64,000 nt of DNA, from assembly GCA_017454355.1 (NCBI GenBank), contig JAFTDD010000020.1, positions 3,509 through 67,508 of the forward strand, read 5' to 3'. Positions 29,010 to 39,285 of this stretch are shown piece by piece. The notes under the pieces were generated by a model. It searched no databases and was not told the DNA's origin. It worked only from the letters and a program-made list of their open reading frames with translations. Positions within the stretch are counted from its first letter, which is position 1. Every line of letters begins with the position of its first letter. Both the position numbers and the translations under genes were made by a program. This DNA is from Muribaculaceae bacterium (lineage in GTDB: Bacteria; Bacteroidota; Bacteroidia; Bacteroidales; Muribaculaceae).

Positions 29010-32000
29010 ATGAAAAAGATTGTTTTACTACTGATGGTAATCTGCTCGTATGCCTTGCCGGCTCTCGCCGACAAGACCATTACGGGTCTGGTTACTGAAG
29101 CGGGCAGCGGCGAGCCGCTGATCGGCGCCACCGTCCAGGCTGTGGGACACACGGTCGGTGTGGCAACTGATGCCGACGGCAAGTTCTCGCTCCGTCTGCC
29201 GGACTTTGTCAAGACGGTCCGCATCTCCTACATCGGCTGCGAGCCGCAGGAGGTCGCGGCGAGCGGTCACCTGAACATCGCGTTGAAGGCCAGCGGCACC
29301 ACGCTCGACGACGTGGTTGTCACCGCACTTGGTATCTCGCGTCAGGAGAAGACCCTCGGTTACAGCGCCACCACGCTCAAGACCGACGAACTGCTTGAGG
29401 GTCGCGTGAGCAACGTGACCTCGGCTCTAGCCGGTAAGGTCGCCGGTGTGCAGGTCAAGTCGTCGAGCAACGACCCGGGTATGGCCAACGACGTCATCAT
29501 CCGCGGTATCAGTTCTATCAACGGCAGCAACCAGCCGCTGTATGTCGTGGACGGTGTGCCCTTGCAGAACAGCACCTTCCTCAACAGCGACCAGGACTAC
29601 ATGAACCAGATGGGCGGTATCACCAACGTGAACCCCAACGACATCGAGACGATGACCATCCTCAAGGGCGCGGCCGCCACCTCGCTCTATGGTTCGCGTG
29701 CCGCCAACGGTGTCATCCTCATCACCACCAAGAAGGGCGCCAAGGGTGTGAACAAGAACTTCACCATCACCTACGACGGTGCCTTCCAGTGGAAGCGCGT
29801 GTCGACCCTGCCCAAGTTCCAGAACAAGTTCGGCCAGGGTTGGGACGGTGCCCAGACGTTCATCGAGAACGGTTCGTGGGGACCGGAGATGGACGGCTCA
29901 TGGCAGGTTGTCGGCCCGATTTACGACAACCAGCAGTTGCTGCACAAGTATGAGGCTGTGAAGAACAACATCCGCGACTTCTTCGACACCGGCTTTATGC
30001 ACAGCCACGCGTTGTCGTTCAGTGGTGTGAGCGACGATAGCAAGGCTACCTATTACTTGAGTTACAGTTATGCCGGCGATAACGGTATCATCCCGGGCGC
30101 CAAGGACACCTTCAAGCGCAACACTATCGCCGCGCGCGGCAGTTACGAGGCCACCAAGTGGTTGAAGTTCAGTTCGTCGTTGAACTTTGCCCGCAGCAAC
30201 ACCAACACTGTCGCCTCAATGCAGGGTGTGTCGATGATTGACGGCCTCTATGAGTTCCCGCGTGACCTGTCGCTGGTCGACCACAAGGACACCAGCAGCC
30301 CGTTCAACCAGCCCACGGCATGGTACACGCCTTACGGCATCACCAACCCCTACTGGGCCATCGAGAACAACTACAACCACAACGACAGCAAGCAGTTCTT
30401 CGGCAACATCCAGGTGGACATCAACCCCATCAAGGACTTAACGCTGACCTATCGTATGGGTCTGGACTACACCGACTATGACATCAAGATCGGCGAGCCG
30501 GAAATCGCTCTTGACGACGCTCTGATTAATGAGGACTACGGCTACGCGCCCAGCAACATGAACAAGTCCGGTTACGTCTATGCCCGCTATGCTCGTCTGT
30601 ATGAGTTGAACCATGACTTCCTGGCCAACTACAAGAAGAAATTCTTCGATGACCGTTTTGACGTGAACATCAATGCCGGTGTGAACATCAACGAGCGCAG
30701 TAGCACGGCCATGCTCGGCAAGACCTCGGGCCTGACGTTCCACAGCAACTTCTGGGACTTGAGCAACGGCGCCACCAAGGAGAGCCTCTCCGAGGGCCAG
30801 AGCAAGCGCCGCCTCGTGGGTCTGTTCGGTGACGTGACCCTCGGCTGGAACGACTTCCTGTTCCTCGAAGTCACCGCCCGCAACGACTGGTCGTCGACCC
30901 TGCCGATGGGCAGCAACAGTTACTTCTATCCTGGCGCCACGCTGAGCTGGATTTTCTCCAAGCACATCAACGCTCCGGCCATCGACTTCGGTAAACTGCG
31001 TTTGGCCTATGGCCGCACCGGTAACGACGCCAACGTGTATCTGACCTACCCGTCCTACGTGCAGGGCTTCACCGACGGCTATTACGGCCTGGACTTGACC
31101 ACGTTCCCTCACGGAGGTATCAACGCCTTCCAGGCCGCTGCCACCATCGGCAGCAACAACCTGAAGCCGGAGATGACCACCGAGTTTGAGGCCGGTATCA
31201 ATATGCAGTTCCTCAAGGGTCGCGTCGGCTTTGACTTCGCGTTCTACAACCGCGTGACCAAGGACCAGATTTTCACCCTGCCTGTTGACCCCGCCATGGG
31301 CTACAACCGCATGGTGACCAACTTCGGTAAGGTGCGCAACCGCGGTATCGAGTTGCTGGTCAACTTCACGCCGGTGCGCACGGGTGACTGGAAGTGGGAT
31401 CTCTCAATCAACTTCGCCAAGAACTGGAACAAAGTCATCTCGATGCCCGAGAGCCTCGAGGGCGGCAAGACGATTATCAACCGCTTCAGCGCCGGTAACG
31501 ACGCCGTGTATATGTACGCCGAGGCCGGCAAGCCCATCGGCGAGTTATATACCTACCTGCCGCAGTTCACCGAGGACGGCAAGCAGATTGTTGACGCCAA
31601 CGGCCAGCCGCTACTCTCGACCGCCGTCGAGGACACCGGCAAGAGCGTCAACAGCGACTGGACCGGCGGTGCCACCACCAGCCTGAGTTGGAAGTGGTTC
31701 ACCCTGAGCGCCTCGCTCGACGTGCGTTACGGCGGCTGGATGTTCTCGCGCACCAGCAACCTGATGCAGTTCACCGGCAACGGTATCTTCACCACCTATA
31801 ACGACCGCCGCCCGTTCATCATCCCCAACAGTGTGATGAAACTGGAGGATGGCAGTCTTGTGGAGAACACCACGCCCATCTACCTGACCAACGACAGTTA
31901 TCAGGCCTACTATAACAACTACGGCTACGGCAAGGGTGGCGAGGCTTATCTCGTTGACCGCACCATGGTCAAACTGCGCAACATCACGCTGGGCTTCCAA

Positions 32001-32210
32001 CTGCCAAAGAAGTGGGTGAGCGCCTGCTACCTGACCGATGCCCAAATCTCGTTCTTCTGCAACAACGTGTTCACCTGGACCGCCAAGGACAACTACAGTA
32101 TCGATCCCGAGGCGAGTTCCTACGGTAATGACTTGTACGGTGCCTTCGGCGAACTCTACGCCAACCCGGCCTGCCGTACCTACGGTTTCAACCTGAGTCT
32201 CAAATTCTAA
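29010..32210 (+). CDS. susC: SusC/RagA TonB-dependent outer-membrane transporter (BT2264-like)
   Basis: CarboxypepD-like N-terminus, plug 'PLYVVDGVP', 'LKGAAATSLYGSRAANGVILITTKKG', C-terminal 'YGFNLSLKF'; promoter TAATTTTG at 28849. Confidence 0.95.
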   Translation: MKKIVLLLMVICSYALPALADKTITGLVTEAGSGEPLIGATVQAVGHTVGVATDADGKFSLRLPDFVKTVRISYIGCEPQEVAASGHLNIALKASGTTLDDVVVTALGISRQEKTLGYSATTLKTDELLEGRVSNVTSALAGKVAGVQVKSSSNDPGMANDVIIRGISSINGSNQPLYVVDGVPLQNSTFLNSDQDYMNQMGGITNVNPNDIETMTILKGAAATSLYGSRAANGVILITTKKGAKGVNKNFTITYDGAFQWKRVSTLPKFQNKFGQGWDGAQTFIENGSWGPEMDGSWQVVGPIYDNQQLLHKYEAVKNNIRDFFDTGFMHSHALSFSGVSDDSKATYYLSYSYAGDNGIIPGAKDTFKRNTIAARGSYEATKWLKFSSSLNFARSNTNTVASMQGVSMIDGLYEFPRDLSLVDHKDTSSPFNQPTAWYTPYGITNPYWAIENNYNHNDSKQFFGNIQVDINPIKDLTLTYRMGLDYTDYDIKIGEPEIALDDALINEDYGYAPSNMNKSGYVYARYARLYELNHDFLANYKKKFFDDRFDVNINAGVNINERSSTAMLGKTSGLTFHSNFWDLSNGATKESLSEGQSKRRLVGLFGDVTLGWNDFLFLEVTARNDWSSTLPMGSNSYFYPGATLSWIFSKHINAPAIDFGKLRLAYGRTGNDANVYLTYPSYVQGFTDGYYGLDLTTFPHGGINAFQAAATIGSNNLKPEMTTEFEAGINMQFLKGRVGFDFAFYNRVTKDQIFTLPVDPAMGYNRMVTNFGKVRNRGIELLVNFTPVRTGDWKWDLSINFAKNWNKVISMPESLEGGKTIINRFSAGNDAVYMYAEAGKPIGELYTYLPQFTEDGKQIVDANGQPLLSTAVEDTGKSVNSDWTGGATTSLSWKWFTLSASLDVRYGGWMFSRTSNLMQFTGNGIFTTYNDRRPFIIPNSVMKLEDGSLVENTTPIYLTNDSYQAYYNNYGYGKGGEAYLVDRTMVKLRNITLGFQLPKKWVSACYLTDAQISFFCNNVFTWTAKDNYSIDPEASSYGNDLYGAFGELYANPACRTYGFNLSLKF

Positions 32211-32229
32211 AAGTGAGGAGGACATTATT

Positions 32230-33741
32230 ATGAAGAAATTATTTATTCTTTCGACCATAGCGCTGTCGGTCTCTCTGGCTTCCTGCGACAAGTTCATGGA
32301 CATCAACCAGGACCCGAACTCGCCCAGTGTTGACGCTATCACCACCGACATGCTCTTCCCGGCTGCCGAGATGAACCTCGCCGGCTCTTACGGCGACTTC
32401 CTGCGCATCACCGGCGGATACTTCGCCCAGCACTATTCGCAGCAGTTCGGTACCAGCAACTATATCGACTACTCGCGCTTCGAGATGAGCGCGACGCGTT
32501 CCAGCAGCACCTATCAGTACCTGAACGCCCGCGCGTTGGGCAACCTCAAGACCGTGCGCGAGAAGGCTGTTGCCAGCGGTGACTATGCCACCAACCTGGC
32601 CGCCACCGCCCTGTGGGCCTTCACCTATCAGGTGCTTGTGGACTGCTATGGCGAGTTGCCTTACAGCCAGTCGTTCTCGGGCAATCCCACGCCCAAGTAT
32701 GACGAAGGCGCCGACATCTATGCCGGCGTGATCAAGGAATTGGAGGATGCTCTTGCCGAGCCCATCAACTCACAGACGTGCACCAACTTCCTCTTCCCTG
32801 ACAAGAACAGTGCCAGTTGGGTGCAGTTCGCCAATGCCGTGTTGCTCAAACTCTATATGCGTGAGAGCGGTGTTGCCGACGTGCAGAGTAAACTCGACGC
32901 TCTCGTGGCCGAGGGTAACTTCCCCGACAGCGACGTGGCCTATACCAACTGGACCAACGAGGCCGGCCACATGAGCCCGTTCTACGCCGAGGAGTTCGCC
33001 ACCAACTGGGGCTCGACGCAGGTGAACCTGATTGGCAACATCGCCATCATCCGCACCATGCAGGAGCGCAACGCCGCCGGTGACATCGTATATACCGACG
33101 GTCGTCTGGCCAAGTTCTTCGCCCCCAACAGCGCCGGTAACTACACCGGTGGCGTGAGCGGCACCAACTTCTCGACCTCCGAGGGAGACCAGAAGAGCAC
33201 CAACTATTGGAACCGCCCCGTGGCGAGTTACGATATGCCGGTTTATCTGATTACCGTCAGTGAGACTGAGTTCTTCCTCTCGGAGTACTATGCCAAGAAG
33301 GCCGATGCCGGCCAGGCAAAGGCTCACTACGAGGCCGCCGTGGCCGCGTCGTTCGCCAGTGCCGGCGCCAGTGGCGCCGCCGACGCGATTGCCCACTGGC
33401 CCTACGAGCAGGCCAACTACAAGAAGTGCATCGGTCTGGCAAAGTGGATTGCTCTAGCCGGTACCAATAACTACGAGGCATGGTGCGAGATGCGCCGCTT
33501 GGGTTACCCGACCTTTGGTAGCGTCAGCGGTACGCAACTCTACAACGAGACGTCGCACGTCTATAACCCCGACCTTTATCAGGCCGGTACGCTCTACACC
33601 CCAATCCAAGTGAACGGTAGCCTGGGCAGCAACAAGGTGCTCCAGCGCTTCCCCTACGCCGAGAGCAGCAGCACCCGCAACGCCAATGCTCCCAAGCAGG
33701 ACGATACGGTGTACGGCACCCCGGTGTTCTGGGCTAAGTGA
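32230..33741 (+). CDS. susD: SusD/RagB family lipoprotein (SusD-like_2, BT2263-like)
   Basis: Lipobox LASC, 'DINQDPNSP', 'LVDCYGELPY', 'EAWCEMRRLGYP', 'RFPY', 'VFWAK'. Confidence 0.93.
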   Translation: MKKLFILSTIALSVSLASCDKFMDINQDPNSPSVDAITTDMLFPAAEMNLAGSYGDFLRITGGYFAQHYSQQFGTSNYIDYSRFEMSATRSSSTYQYLNARALGNLKTVREKAVASGDYATNLAATALWAFTYQVLVDCYGELPYSQSFSGNPTPKYDEGADIYAGVIKELEDALAEPINSQTCTNFLFPDKNSASWVQFANAVLLKLYMRESGVADVQSKLDALVAEGNFPDSDVAYTNWTNEAGHMSPFYAEEFATNWGSTQVNLIGNIAIIRTMQERNAAGDIVYTDGRLAKFFAPNSAGNYTGGVSGTNFSTSEGDQKSTNYWNRPVASYDMPVYLITVSETEFFLSEYYAKKADAGQAKAHYEAAVAASFASAGASGAADAIAHWPYEQANYKKCIGLAKWIALAGTNNYEAWCEMRRLGYPTFGSVSGTQLYNETSHVYNPDLYQAGTLYTPIQVNGSLGSNKVLQRFPYAESSSTRNANAPKQDDTVYGTPVFWAK

Positions 33742-33744
33742 AAA

Positions 33745-33897
33745 AGTTTATGGTTGAGTGTTGAGTGGTTTAGCCATTTGCTGTCGCAAGTGGGAATAAA
33801 TGAAGCAACAAAACTATTATCCTCGAATGCTTGTAGGGGCAGAATTTATTCTGCCCACATCGAGGCTCAACTCCTCAACCACTAAACGACTAAACGA
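33745..33897. repeat. Composite intergenic element (8-mer arms + hairpin + GTAG REP), copy 1
   Basis: GGTTGAGT units...AGCCATTTGCTGTCGCAAGTGGG...GTAGGGGCAGAATTTATTCTGCCC...CTCAACCA units. Confidence 0.8.
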
Positions 33898-33914
33898 TTA
33901 AATAAAAGAAGATT

Positions 33915-34616
33915 ATGAAGAAATCACTTATATTCCTTATGGCCGGAGCGGTTGCTGTGGCGGGGCTCACCGGCTGCAGCAAGGACTCCGAGGGGTTGAC
34001 CAAGGTCACCACCTACGCCGTGATTGAGCTCGCCGGCGGACAGTATGCCACCGTGGAGAAGGGCTCGACGTTCGTCGACCCGGGCTTTACCGCCACCATG
34101 GGCTCCGAGGACGTGAGCGGTGATGTCACCATCTCCGGCAGTGTGAACACCGCCAAGTGCGGCTTCTACACCCTCACCTACAGCGTCGTGAACCCCGACG
34201 GCTTCGCCGCCAACGCAACGCGCACCGTGGCCGTCGTCGACCACAGCAGCATCGCCAGTGCTTACTTCGCCAGCTGCAAGTACGGCTCACGCAGCTATAG
34301 CAACCTCAAGATCCTCATCACCGACAACGGTGACGGCACTTACGCCATCGACGACCTCGCCGGCGGTCTCTACTGCCAGGGACGTTACCCGGGGTATGAG
34401 GCCTATGGCTACGACTTCTGGTACGACGAGGACCTCAAGCTCGACGGCAGCACCTTGACCCTCGCCGGCGAAATGGGCGACGGTTCCAACTGGTACTGGG
34501 GCGAGCCTCTGGACTGTGTCAACGGCACCTACGATGCCGCGACGGGCACCATCAGTTATCTGGCTGCCTTCAGTGGCAATGCCGATGATGCCATCAGTGT
34601 AACTTTAACCAAGTAA
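33915..34616 (+). CDS. DUF5011/BT_2262-family surface lipoprotein
   Basis: Lipobox LTGC; Ig-like 'FVDPGFTAT...VNTAKCGFYTLTYSVVNPDGF..ATRTV'; follows susD. Confidence 0.8.
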   Translation: MKKSLIFLMAGAVAVAGLTGCSKDSEGLTKVTTYAVIELAGGQYATVEKGSTFVDPGFTATMGSEDVSGDVTISGSVNTAKCGFYTLTYSVVNPDGFAANATRTVAVVDHSSIASAYFASCKYGSRSYSNLKILITDNGDGTYAIDDLAGGLYCQGRYPGYEAYGYDFWYDEDLKLDGSTLTLAGEMGDGSNWYWGEPLDCVNGTYDAATGTISYLAAFSGNADDAISVTLTK

Positions 34617-34620
34617 AAAA

Positions 34621-34760
34621 GGTTTAGGGTTGAGCGATGAGATGTTTAGCCATTTGCTGTCGCAAATGGGAATAAATGTATTATCCCCGAGCGCTTGTAG
34701 GGGCAGACTTTATTCTGCCCACATCGAGGCTAAACGCTCAACCACTCAACCCCTAAACGA
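34621..34760. repeat. Composite intergenic element, copy 2
   Basis: Homologous to 33745-33897: AGCCATTTGCTGTCGCAAATGGG and GTAGGGGCAGACTTTATTCTGCCCACATCGAGGCT. Confidence 0.8.
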
Positions 34761-34777
34761 TTAAAAAAAGGTACATT

Positions 34778-35317
34778 ATGAAGAAATTATTATATTTTGC
34801 GGCCGCGGCGCTGATGATGGTCGGCACCTCGTGCCAGAAGGACGAGATTGGCGGCACCGCCACCGAGAAACTCGCCGGACAGTGGTATGTCTCTGTTGAC
34901 GGCGTTGACGAGAACGGCGATGTCATTGAGGGCTTCGAGGGTATGCTTGGCAGCGACCTGATTATCAACACCTACAACACCTCGGCCAATACCGATAAAG
35001 TGCTCTTTGTCGATGACCTCGGCGAGATTTGGGTGTTCAAGGTGCGTACCGAGTGTGACGTCAACGCATTGACGTTCCACACGGCCAACGCCACCTTTGA
35101 CGAGGCTAACCCCAACAACGAGAACGGCGACCCGATCAGTGTCGTTATCAGCGACGGCAAGATTTTGCCGGGTGCCGGCAAACAGAAAAACGGTTCGCCG
35201 GCCGACTCGATTACGTTCCTCGTGAAGTTCAGCGACGACCCCTATCCCGCCACCTACGGCCACGCGGGCTACCGCGTGAGCGGTGTCCGCTATAGCGGTC
35301 TTGCCGAGAACGATTAG
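34778..35317 (+). CDS. Lipid-binding-domain lipoprotein (BT2261-like)
   Basis: Lipobox GTSC; 'IGGTATEKLAGQWYV', 'TYNTSAN', 'ADSITF', 'SGVRYSG'. Confidence 0.8.
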   Translation: MKKLLYFAAAALMMVGTSCQKDEIGGTATEKLAGQWYVSVDGVDENGDVIEGFEGMLGSDLIINTYNTSANTDKVLFVDDLGEIWVFKVRTECDVNALTFHTANATFDEANPNNENGDPISVVISDGKILPGAGKQKNGSPADSITFLVKFSDDPYPATYGHAGYRVSGVRYSGLAEND

Positions 35318-35373
35318 TATGTAGCATGTAGCGTGTAGCATGTAGCATAGCCTATACTGATATTTTTACAGCC

Positions 35374-35422
35374 CATCGCCACGGGACGCCGGTCATCACG
35401 GCCCCCGTGGCGATGCCATTTT
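35374..35422. terminator. Hairpin terminator between convergent genes
   Basis: CATCGCCACGGG...CCCGTGGCGATG. Confidence 0.6.
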
Positions 35423-35438
35423 CTGCCCCCACTCTTCC

Positions 35439-36869
35439 TCATTCCTTCCAAAACAGCGCGTCAAGCAGCACCTGCTGATTGACGATACCGCTATGAAGAT
35501 TTGCTTTGACGCCAAAGGTGGTAACAAAGGTGGTGAAAAGTGTACGGGTAGTGTGTGTCTGCTCTCTGAAGATTGCCATTCGTTCTCGCAACCGTGCCTC
35601 ATATTCACGGGTGATTACGTACGGCTCATTAACAAATTTCATTTCGCACAGGTGGATATAACGGTCGTCACGGTCTATAACCAAATCAATCTGTACTTTC
35701 TTGGCGGAACCGGTGTCCGTCCCACGCCATGTCGAAACCGAAGTGTTGATACCGGATATGCCCAAACTTTTCCGGATTTGTTCCACATGGAGATGGCAGA
35801 TAACCTCAAATGTGAGTCCCTGCCATACCTGCACAGCCGGTGATGCGATGCGCCGCTGCCAATATCTCACTTGGCCTTTTGGGGCATCGGCTATGAAACG
35901 CAGGTAAAACAATGAGAAAAAGTCTGTCAAACGGTAAATGGCACCTTTCTTCCGGTTTCCGTAGCGCGTGTATGGCAAAATTATGTCACAGTTCTCCAAA
36001 TTTGTCAGGCGGCGGGTTAATCCGCCGCCGCCATCGCCAATCTTTTCTGCAATCTCGGCGCGTGTCAGCCCGTCATGGCAATTAGCAAGCAGTGAGACAA
36101 TTTCCACATACCGCTGCGCACCGGTGAAAAGCTCGTTGTAGAGCTCGTTAAACTCATTCATTAACTTTGCCTTTGGCTTGAAAAACAGATTGTCGAGATT
36201 GCTTGCCAAATCGTCGTTGTAGTCAAGTAGGCTATAGTAGTACGGCACTCCGCCAAGGCTCATGTAACACTGTGTGATGGTGTAGCGGTCCCAAACGCAG
36301 CCATGATGCCGCAGATAACTCTCGCACTCGCCGAGATTGAATGGCCGCAGATAGATGCTTGCAGTGATGCGGTTGTGCAACCCTCCCTGATTGTTCACCA
36401 GATTATTTACCATCCAAGACGTTGCCGAGCCGGTAGCGATAAGCATGATGTCGTCGCGACGGGCAGCCCATGAATTCCAGAAGTCTTCGAGTGCAGCGAC
36501 AAACTCTGAGTTATGAGAGTCAATCCATGGCATTTCATCAATGAAGAGAACCTTCTTTCCACGCTGCGTCGTTGCTTCAAGCATAGTTTCTAGCGCGTCA
36601 AACGCATGATACCAATTATCAAGTGATAACTCGTATGGCACTTTGCCATAGCGCGATATCGCTTTGGCAAATAATTCGAGTTGTCGGCTCTTTGGAGACT
36701 TGTGTGACCCGGTGAAGACAAACGTGAGTTTATTCTCAAAGACCCTTTCGACAAGAAATGTCTTGCCAATGCGCCGTCTGCCATAAATAACCGCGAACTC
36801 ACACCTTGGCGAATTGTAGCACCGCAGTAACTCCTCTTTCTCGGCCGTGCGGCCTATCAGTTGTTCCAT
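35439..36869 (-). CDS. ATPase_2/AAA ATP-binding protein with wHTH and PD-(D/E)XK-like C-terminus (paralog of 22965-24401)
   Basis: 'YGRRRIGKT', 'LFIDEMPW', 'QIDLVIDRDD..IHLCEMKF'. Confidence 0.85.
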   Translation of the reverse strand: MEQLIGRTAEKEELLRCYNSPRCEFAVIYGRRRIGKTFLVERVFENKLTFVFTGSHKSPKSRQLELFAKAISRYGKVPYELSLDNWYHAFDALETMLEATTQRGKKVLFIDEMPWIDSHNSEFVAALEDFWNSWAARRDDIMLIATGSATSWMVNNLVNNQGGLHNRITASIYLRPFNLGECESYLRHHGCVWDRYTITQCYMSLGGVPYYYSLLDYNDDLASNLDNLFFKPKAKLMNEFNELYNELFTGAQRYVEIVSLLANCHDGLTRAEIAEKIGDGGGGLTRRLTNLENCDIILPYTRYGNRKKGAIYRLTDFFSLFYLRFIADAPKGQVRYWQRRIASPAVQVWQGLTFEVICHLHVEQIRKSLGISGINTSVSTWRGTDTGSAKKVQIDLVIDRDDRYIHLCEMKFVNEPYVITREYEARLRERMAIFREQTHTTRTLFTTFVTTFGVKANLHSGIVNQQVLLDALFWKE

Positions 36870-36917
36870 AGTGAGATACGTTTTTTATTGCGCCGGCAAA
36901 GGTATATAAAAAATATG

Positions 36918-37035
36918 ATTTCGCCAAAAATGTCGTTTGAAATTTGGCGAAATCTCACTTTTAAACCCACATTTCGCCAAAAATGCCGTTTGAAATTTGG
37001 CGAAATCTCACTTTTAAACCCACATTTCGCCAAAA
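36918..37035. repeat. 53-bp-period palindromic direct repeat upstream of an ATPase promoter
   Basis: ATTTCGCCAAA...TTTGGCGAAAT units starting at 36918, 36971 and 37024; -7 box TACCTTTG on - strand at 36897-36904. Confidence 0.85.
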
Positions 37036-37039
37036 CTAC

Positions 37040-37401
37040 TCTCCCGTGAATTTTCGTGAATATTTTATTTGCTGCGTTTATCTTCAATATTGAGTCCACT
37101 GCAAAAAGTCGCTGATTAATTTTAAACACGAATTACCATGAATTACCCATGAATTTTTATTCCAAATATTATAATTAAAATTAATAATTCATGAATAATT
37201 AATGGATAATTTATGGAAATTCATGTTCAAAAATTTTGTTGCGATAGATGTAATACTTTTTGCAGTGGACTCAGTTCAATATTTATTCACGATAATTGTA
37301 CAAGACTTCGTCTTGCAATACACGACCTTTTTTGAGATAATTATTTTCGATAATTTTCGAGAATTTTCGGGAGAGAAATATCGAGTCTACTGGGATTAAG
37401 G
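37040..37401. repeat. Nested palindromic element (10-bp unit family) interrupted by a MITE
   Basis: CTCCCGTGAATTTTCGTGAA left end; right end is the reverse complement of the ~10048-10095 motif. Confidence 0.7.
37091..37273. mobile_element. MITE-like element with perfect 19-bp TIRs
   Basis: TGAGTCCACTGCAAAAAGT ... ACTTTTTGCAGTGGACTCA; TTCAATATT direct repeat near both ends; partial homolog at ~58275-58340. Confidence 0.7.
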
Positions 37402-37507
37402 TTAAAAATTTTGTTGTGTAAGGTGTGAAGTCTAAATTTTTTGGGCAATTCATGTTAATAAGCCGGAAAATGTGTAATTTTGCGGTGTCAACAAGCCCCG
37501 TCATATT

Positions 37508-39001
37508 ATGAAGCAAGAGACACTGCAGGCAACGGCGGCCACCACGCCGGCTCTGGCTAATAGCGACGAGCGGGTGAGAACACTCGCTGTGGAGGTGCTG
37601 CGCGAGTTGCCCTACGAGCCCAACGATGACCAATTGTTGCTGGTGGTGGCGTTGTGCCACTTCATGTGCCACTCGCCGGCAAGAGGCGTGTTCCTGTTGG
37701 GCGGCTTTGCCGGCACGGGCAAGACGTCGCTCACCGGCGCTATCGTGCGTGCCTTGTCGCGGCGGCACATTCCCACCGTGCTGATGGCGCCCACGGGCCG
37801 TGCCGCCCATGTGCTGGGCGGCCACAGCGGCCACCCGGCGTGGACCATCCACCGCAAGATTTACAGGCAGAGCAGTTACGGCAGCGACTCGTTTCCGCTG
37901 GCCGAGAACCGCCATCGCGGCACGCTGTTTATCGTCGACGAGGCCTCGATGATCGGGCAGGGCGGCGCCGAGCCGTCGCCCTTTGGCAGCGGCCGGCTGC
38001 TCGACGACCTGATGGAGTACGTCTACGGAAACACACCTGTGGACGACAATGGCTGCCGCCTGCTGCTGATGGGCGACACGGCGCAGTTGCCGCCGGTGGG
38101 GCAGGAACAGAGCCCTGCGCTCGACGAGAGCGTCCTGCAGGCCTATGGCGCCACACTATATGCCGTGCAACTGCGGCAGGTGGCGCGCCAGGCCCTCGAG
38201 AGTGGCATCCTGCGCGCCGCCACACTGCTGCGCGAGGCCATCGAGAGCGGGGGAGAACTCACCGCGCCACGCCTTGACGTGAGCGCGAGCGATGACCTGC
38301 AGGCCGTCAGCGGCGAGTTCCTGCTCGAGACAATCAGCGACTGCTATGACCGCGACGGCATCGAGCAGACCATCGTGATCACGCGCAGCAACCGCCGCGC
38401 GTCGCTCTTCAACAGCGGCATCCGCGGCAGTATTCTCTATCGTGAGGAACTGCTCTGTGCCGGCGACTTGCTGATGGTGGTCAAGAATAACTATTTTTGG
38501 GCCGAGGACTATGACGAGATTGACTTCCTGGCCAACGGCGACACCCTGCGTGTGCGCCGCGTTAGAGGCATGGTGGAACGCCGCTACGGCTTGCAGTTTC
38601 TCAACGTGGTGGTCGAGTTGCCTGACCACGGCGACATCGAGATGGAGGTGAAAGTGGTGGTGGATAGTCTGATGAGCGACGCGCCGGCCCTCACCCGCGA
38701 CCGACAGCAACACCTCTTCGAGCAGGTGTGGAGTGAGTTGGAGGGCGACAAGCGCGCGCGCTACAAGGCACTCAAGCAGCACCCCTACTTCAACGCGCTT
38801 CAGGTCAAGTATGGCTACGCCGTCACGTGCCACAAGGCGCAAGGCGGACAGTGGAGCAATGTGTTTGTCGACATGGGCGGCATCGCGCCAGAGGCGGCGC
38901 TCACCCTTGACTATCACCGGTGGCTCTACACCGCGCTCACCCGTGCCACGCGTCGCGTCTATCTCGTCAACTACCGCGACCCGGACGCCGTCGAAAATTA
39001 G
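37508..39001 (+). CDS. RecD-like SF1 helicase / ATP-dependent exoDNase (AAA_30 + UvrD_C_2)
   Basis: 'GFAGTGKT', 'APTGRAA', 'TIHRKIY', 'IVDEASM', 'GDTAQLPPV', 'YAVTCHKAQG', 'YTALTRA'. Confidence 0.9.
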   Translation: MKQETLQATAATTPALANSDERVRTLAVEVLRELPYEPNDDQLLLVVALCHFMCHSPARGVFLLGGFAGTGKTSLTGAIVRALSRRHIPTVLMAPTGRAAHVLGGHSGHPAWTIHRKIYRQSSYGSDSFPLAENRHRGTLFIVDEASMIGQGGAEPSPFGSGRLLDDLMEYVYGNTPVDDNGCRLLLMGDTAQLPPVGQEQSPALDESVLQAYGATLYAVQLRQVARQALESGILRAATLLREAIESGGELTAPRLDVSASDDLQAVSGEFLLETISDCYDRDGIEQTIVITRSNRRASLFNSGIRGSILYREELLCAGDLLMVVKNNYFWAEDYDEIDFLANGDTLRVRRVRGMVERRYGLQFLNVVVELPDHGDIEMEVKVVVDSLMSDAPALTRDRQQHLFEQVWSELEGDKRARYKALKQHPYFNALQVKYGYAVTCHKAQGGQWSNVFVDMGGIAPEAALTLDYHRWLYTALTRATRRVYLVNYRDPDAVEN

Positions 39002-39007
39002 TCCCTC

Positions 39008-39170
39008 CTAAAATCCGTATCCTTGAATATGCTCACGAAAATTTCCGAAAATTCACGAAAATTAATCTCCCGTGAATTTTCGTGAATTTACGTAAATATT
39101 TTATTCACTGAATATTATCACCGAATTTAAATTTATGTGGATTTACGAAAATTTATGAGATAAAATAAAT
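39008..39170. repeat. Nested palindromic element (10-bp unit family)
   Basis: CCTAAAATCCG...CTCACGAAAATTTCCGAAAATTCACGAAAATTAATCTCCCGTGAATTTTCGTGAA. Confidence 0.75.
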
Positions 39171-39285
39171 TTCGGGGGAGGGAAAAGAAAAATTTTGTTA
39201 ATTCGGGAAAAAGTGTTATCTTTGCCAAACTATAGAGAGAACCAACCATTAACAATTAATTACTAACTACAAAAAGCAAAATGCT

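Noticed and set aside
29010-35317. Novel polysaccharide utilisation locus
   Set aside because: No glycoside hydrolases or regulator; the architecture matches the well-known BT2261-BT2264-type SusC/D-lipoprotein complex.
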